From Nitrospirota bacterium (GTDB lineage Bacteria; Nitrospirota; UBA9217): a stretch of DNA of 64,000 nt. The notes below the pieces were generated by a model that was not told the origin of the DNA, did not search any database, and was given only the letters and a program-made list of their open reading frames with translations. Within the stretch, counting starts at the first letter, position 1; every line of letters begins with the position of its first letter. The DNA lies in assembly GCA_963663225.1 (NCBI GenBank), contig OY760142.1, positions 2,272,001-2,336,000 of the forward strand, in the 5' to 3' direction. A program made the position numbers and the translations under genes. Positions 60,837 to 64,000 of this stretch are shown here, piece by piece.

Positions 60837-61037
60837 CTACTTCTTTGCCGTGCCAGTGGGGGCCGACTTTGCTTCCTTCTTTTCCTTCTTTGCGGCCTTC
60901 TTTGCCTTCTTCTCTTTCTTTACTTCCTTCTTCGCGGGAGCCGTGGTGGTGGTCTTTGATGCTGGCTCTGCTGCGAATACTACGCCGACGGAAAGAGCAA
61001 ACGCCATTGCCGTCAAAAGAGCAACGATCTTTTTCAT
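60837..61037 (-). CDS. Small secreted Lys/Ala-rich protein (66 aa)
   Basis: SD AAAGGAGGTG; signal peptide ending VFA; KKEKKAKKAAKK tail; upstream TTGACA-17-TAAAGT promoter. Confidence 0.85.
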   Translation of the reverse strand: MKKIVALLTAMAFALSVGVVFAAEPASKTTTTAPAKKEVKKEKKAKKAAKKEKKEAKSAPTGTAKK

Positions 61038-61337
61038 TCTATTCACCTCCTTTCCCTGTGAGAATATGCTGCACTTTATCAAATTCATGCCTCAATGTCA
61101 AGTATAATCAGAACCTCTGACACATCGGCATGGGGGATAAACCCAACCGGCCTTACCAAATCTGCGGATATTTTTTTATCAGCCAAACGTTTCGTTCACT
61201 GAATAAGACACGGCTTCTCCAAAAAGGTTTAATGCATAGTAAAATCGAAAAACAACAGGATGATAGCCAACAATTCAAGAACGGACTGAAAAAAAGGCAG
61301 TCGATAATGCATTTTTTATATATGCAGGTTGCGGGTT

Positions 61338-62381
61338 TTATACCTGCTGATCAATCTCATTGTACGTAAGATGAGTAATGTCCCGGATGATTTTTATTAT
61401 GGCGTCAACATTGTTACCGCGTACCATGATGCCGAGAAGAAAGGGACGGTTCGGATGATAAACAATTCCGAATTCATATATCTGATAGAACTTTTGCTCC
61501 TTGTCGTCCGTCATGACAGTGATCAGCCGTCCCCCGTGCTTGCAGGCGATGCTGATATTCTGGGGGATGCCCGAAGCCATGCCGTCGCGAAAGGAGGACT
61601 GGGAAAGATATCGGAGGGCTTTTTCAGACATATCCTCCGAAAGGTAAGAAGCATTGAACAATACCCGGTAGAATGCGGCGAATGAGTTTAATGACAAAGA
61701 GTCTTCCTTTTTGTTCGGGTCATACTCGACGTCCAAATCTTTAAGGATTTTTTCAAACCGGGTGGACGGAAGATTCTTCTGCAGAAGGGTGTATGCGGCT
61801 GCATCATTATTGGCAATCATCCGGTAAATAAGGTCATTCACCGTATAGGAGTTTCCCGGTTCGATCTCTTTTGTCGGGAAAGGGGAGTCACGGTCAATAG
61901 TGCCTTCCTTGCCGGTGTAGGTTATGGTTTTGCGCAAAACCAGCGGGTTTGATTCTGCCCATTTGAAATATGCGATCATCAGCGGCAGTTTCCACTGGCT
62001 TTCTGACAAAAATTTTTCATTTCCTCCGATGCTGAACCGGTTTCCTGTGTTCATGTCCCGAAAGGAAACAGAAACCGTGGCGGCATCATGATTGTTAAGC
62101 GCGGTTTCGATCAGTGTGTTTATCTTGTATTTAAAGGGTTTCAATTCCTTGTTCTGAGAAGTTCCATCGGGTGTCTTCGATTCAATAGATGCTTTGATAA
62201 ATTTGAAGGTCCCTTCTGCGCGCCCCGATACTGCTTCGCTTTTGCCTGCGGGGAGAGGAGAAAACATGCTGAGCGCTGATCCGAGGAAGATGCCGAGTGC
62301 AAAAACACCCGCAACGAGGGTGAACATGAACTTTCGATTAATAGAAATCTTATCTTTTTTAAGAAGAGCATTATCTGACAT
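61338..62381 (-). CDS. Class A beta-lactamase-like serine hydrolase with N-terminal membrane anchor, degenerate motifs
   Basis: SQWK (SxxK), LIYRMIANND in the SDN position, KHG in the KTG position, GIVYHPNRPF. Confidence 0.8.
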   Translation of the reverse strand: MSDNALLKKDKISINRKFMFTLVAGVFALGIFLGSALSMFSPLPAGKSEAVSGRAEGTFKFIKASIESKTPDGTSQNKELKPFKYKINTLIETALNNHDAATVSVSFRDMNTGNRFSIGGNEKFLSESQWKLPLMIAYFKWAESNPLVLRKTITYTGKEGTIDRDSPFPTKEIEPGNSYTVNDLIYRMIANNDAAAYTLLQKNLPSTRFEKILKDLDVEYDPNKKEDSLSLNSFAAFYRVLFNASYLSEDMSEKALRYLSQSSFRDGMASGIPQNISIACKHGGRLITVMTDDKEQKFYQIYEFGIVYHPNRPFLLGIMVRGNNVDAIIKIIRDITHLTYNEIDQQV

Positions 62382-62499
62382 ATTGATCTCAATAATATTA
62401 TTATATTACTCCTTTTCCAGAGTAAAAACAACCTACTCAAGTGCCTGTTTGTTGCCCGCTTTTGGGAGCTGCAGTCTGCTGGATATCTTCTCCTGTTGA

Positions 62500-62528
62500 T
62501 TGACAGGGAATAGAATCCGACGTATACT
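62500..62528 (+). promoter_or_regulatory. Near-consensus sigma70 promoter
   Basis: TTGACA-17 bp-TATACT. Confidence 0.8.
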
Positions 62529-62535
62529 AAAAATA

Positions 62536-62648
62536 ATTGGGATCTGCAAGGCGGACTGACGCGCCCGTTAGACTTCGAGTATCGGAGGGTTTCGGGAGAG
62601 AGGGCTGGTAAAAGTGCACGAAAAGCGCTTATGCCGGCCTTTTTTATT
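62536..62648 (+). ncRNA. Unclassified structured leader RNA or sRNA ending in an intrinsic terminator
   Basis: Predicted three-stem junction at 62539-62593, then a GGGCTGGTA/TGCCGGCCT hairpin plus T-run. Confidence 0.55.
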
Positions 62649-62744
62649 TTGATGGCTTACCCTTTGCCCGGCAAGTTGCCTGACTTTTTAGACAGCCCGT
62701 TGGCAAGAACCGTGGACTGCATAGTACGCTTCGCGAAGTGAAAA

Positions 62745-63539
62745 ATGTCAACTATAGTAATTTTTACAGATCTTGACGGCTCCCTGCTTGATTCCGATGC
62801 ATACTCTTTCGAGGATGCTTTGCCGGCCCTGTCGCTGCTTCGGAAAAGAAATATCCCGCTTATTTTGTGCTCAAGCAAGACCCGCACAGAGCTAGAGACC
62901 TATCGGAATAAGCTGGACAATCGACACCCGTTTATTGCTGAAAACGGTGCAGGAATATTTATTCCCAATAGGTATTTTCCATTTTTTATAAATGGGGAAA
63001 CGCGGGGTGGCTACCAGGTCATATCCTTTGGCATACCATATAAGGAGATCAGGAAACAGTTTACGCAGCTTCGAACGAGCCTTGGAGTGTCGGTACGGGG
63101 CTTCGGTGATATGACTGCAGAAGAGGTGTCGTCGCTGACAGGATTGACGAAGGATGAGGCAATGCTCGCGCTGCAACGGGACTATGAAGAACCTTTTATA
63201 TTTCCGGATGGGGTGAATGAACGTTTCCTGCATGCTATTGAGGCATCCGGTTTCAGATGGACTCAGGGAAGACTGTTTCATATGATGGGCGATTATCATA
63301 AGGGGAGGGCGGTAATCGAACTCAGGAATCTCTATGCTCAAAAAATCGAAACAGTTGCCACTATAGGGCTGGGAAACAGCCTGAATGATCTCTCCTTTCT
63401 CCGTTTGGTTGACCGGCCGGTGCTGATCAAAAACACAAACGGCACCCATGACCCTAGGGTAAACATACCGGGGCTTTATCGAACGAACGAAATCGGCCCC
63501 CGAGGATGGAATGAGGCCATACTGAAACTACTGCAATAA
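62745..63539 (+). CDS. mpgP: Mannosyl/glucosyl-3-phosphoglycerate phosphatase (HAD-IIB)
   Basis: FTDLDGSLLD, CSSKTRTE, FIAENG, GFGDM, RDYEEPF, GNSLND, GPRGWNEAI. Confidence 0.88.
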   Translation: MSTIVIFTDLDGSLLDSDAYSFEDALPALSLLRKRNIPLILCSSKTRTELETYRNKLDNRHPFIAENGAGIFIPNRYFPFFINGETRGGYQVISFGIPYKEIRKQFTQLRTSLGVSVRGFGDMTAEEVSSLTGLTKDEAMLALQRDYEEPFIFPDGVNERFLHAIEASGFRWTQGRLFHMMGDYHKGRAVIELRNLYAQKIETVATIGLGNSLNDLSFLRLVDRPVLIKNTNGTHDPRVNIPGLYRTNEIGPRGWNEAILKLLQ

Positions 63540-63701
63540 CAGAGGCAGGTATGCAGCATTGTGATAAAACCGTCGGCAAGAACGCGATCTGCTAAGTATT
63601 CCCGCAAGAGAAGAGGCGGCACGGCAGAGAAGATTTGAGAGAGAAACGACTCTTTCTTTGCTATTATTAAAATGAAGATATACGGGTGGCGGGGCAGCCT
63701 T

Positions 63702-64000
63702 ATGGAAACTATTCCCATGCGGAAAGAGGTCCGTGATCAGTTGGACCGGATACGAACAGCTGACATTCTTGTCGGCATCCCGAGCTTTAATAATGCGCGG
63801 ACCATCGGGCATGTGGTCAAAGCCATTCAGGCAGGTCTTGTAAAATATTTTCCAGACTGCAAAGCAGTCTTGGTGAATTCAGACGGCGGTTCGACGGACA
63901 ACACGATGTCCATCGTGCGGGAAACCGTAATCGAGGATTTCCAATCCATACTTCTTCATCATCGTACGGCGCCTCTCTTTAAGCTGGCCGCCCCTTATTC
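63702..64000 (+). CDS. GT-A glycosyltransferase, glucosyl/mannosylglycerate synthase-like (partial)
   Basis: Not in ORF track. Manual translation: METIPMRKEV...ADILVGIPSFNNARTIGHVVKA...VNSDGGSTDNT; runs off the window. Confidence 0.8.
   Translation, partial: METIPMRKEVRDQLDRIRTADILVGIPSFNNARTIGHVVKAIQAGLVKYFPDCKAVLVNSDGGSTDNTMSIVRETVIEDFQSILLHHRTAPLFKLAAPY

Overview
Ordinary-looking chromosomal segment (roughly 50% GC by eye) from an anaerobic diderm bacterium. Gene content suggests Nitrospirota or Desulfobacterota (inference). It holds about 60 CDS: leuCD, pta-ackA, a frameshifted cstA/btsT with its LytS/LytTR pair, two asd homologues, an orphan divergent XRE pair, suhB, tandem TupA-like proteins plus a molbindin, a displaced divergent leuB, htpG, an LDH-like enzyme, UPF0182, an OmpR/BaeS-type envelope module, pflBA, an M16 protease, nth, and the start of an mpgP plus glycosyltransferase (glycosylglycerate-type osmolyte) locus. 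I saw no rRNA, tRNA, CRISPR array, integrase or transposase. The most notable signals are non-coding: (1) an unrecognised promoter, structured RNA and terminator leader ahead of the osmolyte genes; (2) a solitary integron-type gene cassette with a 57-bp attC and matching core sites but no intI; (3) a ZMP/ZTP riboswitch controlling pflBA; (4) a cI/cro-like regulator pair with no prophage. All calls come from motif recognition by eye; no database searches or folding programs were run.
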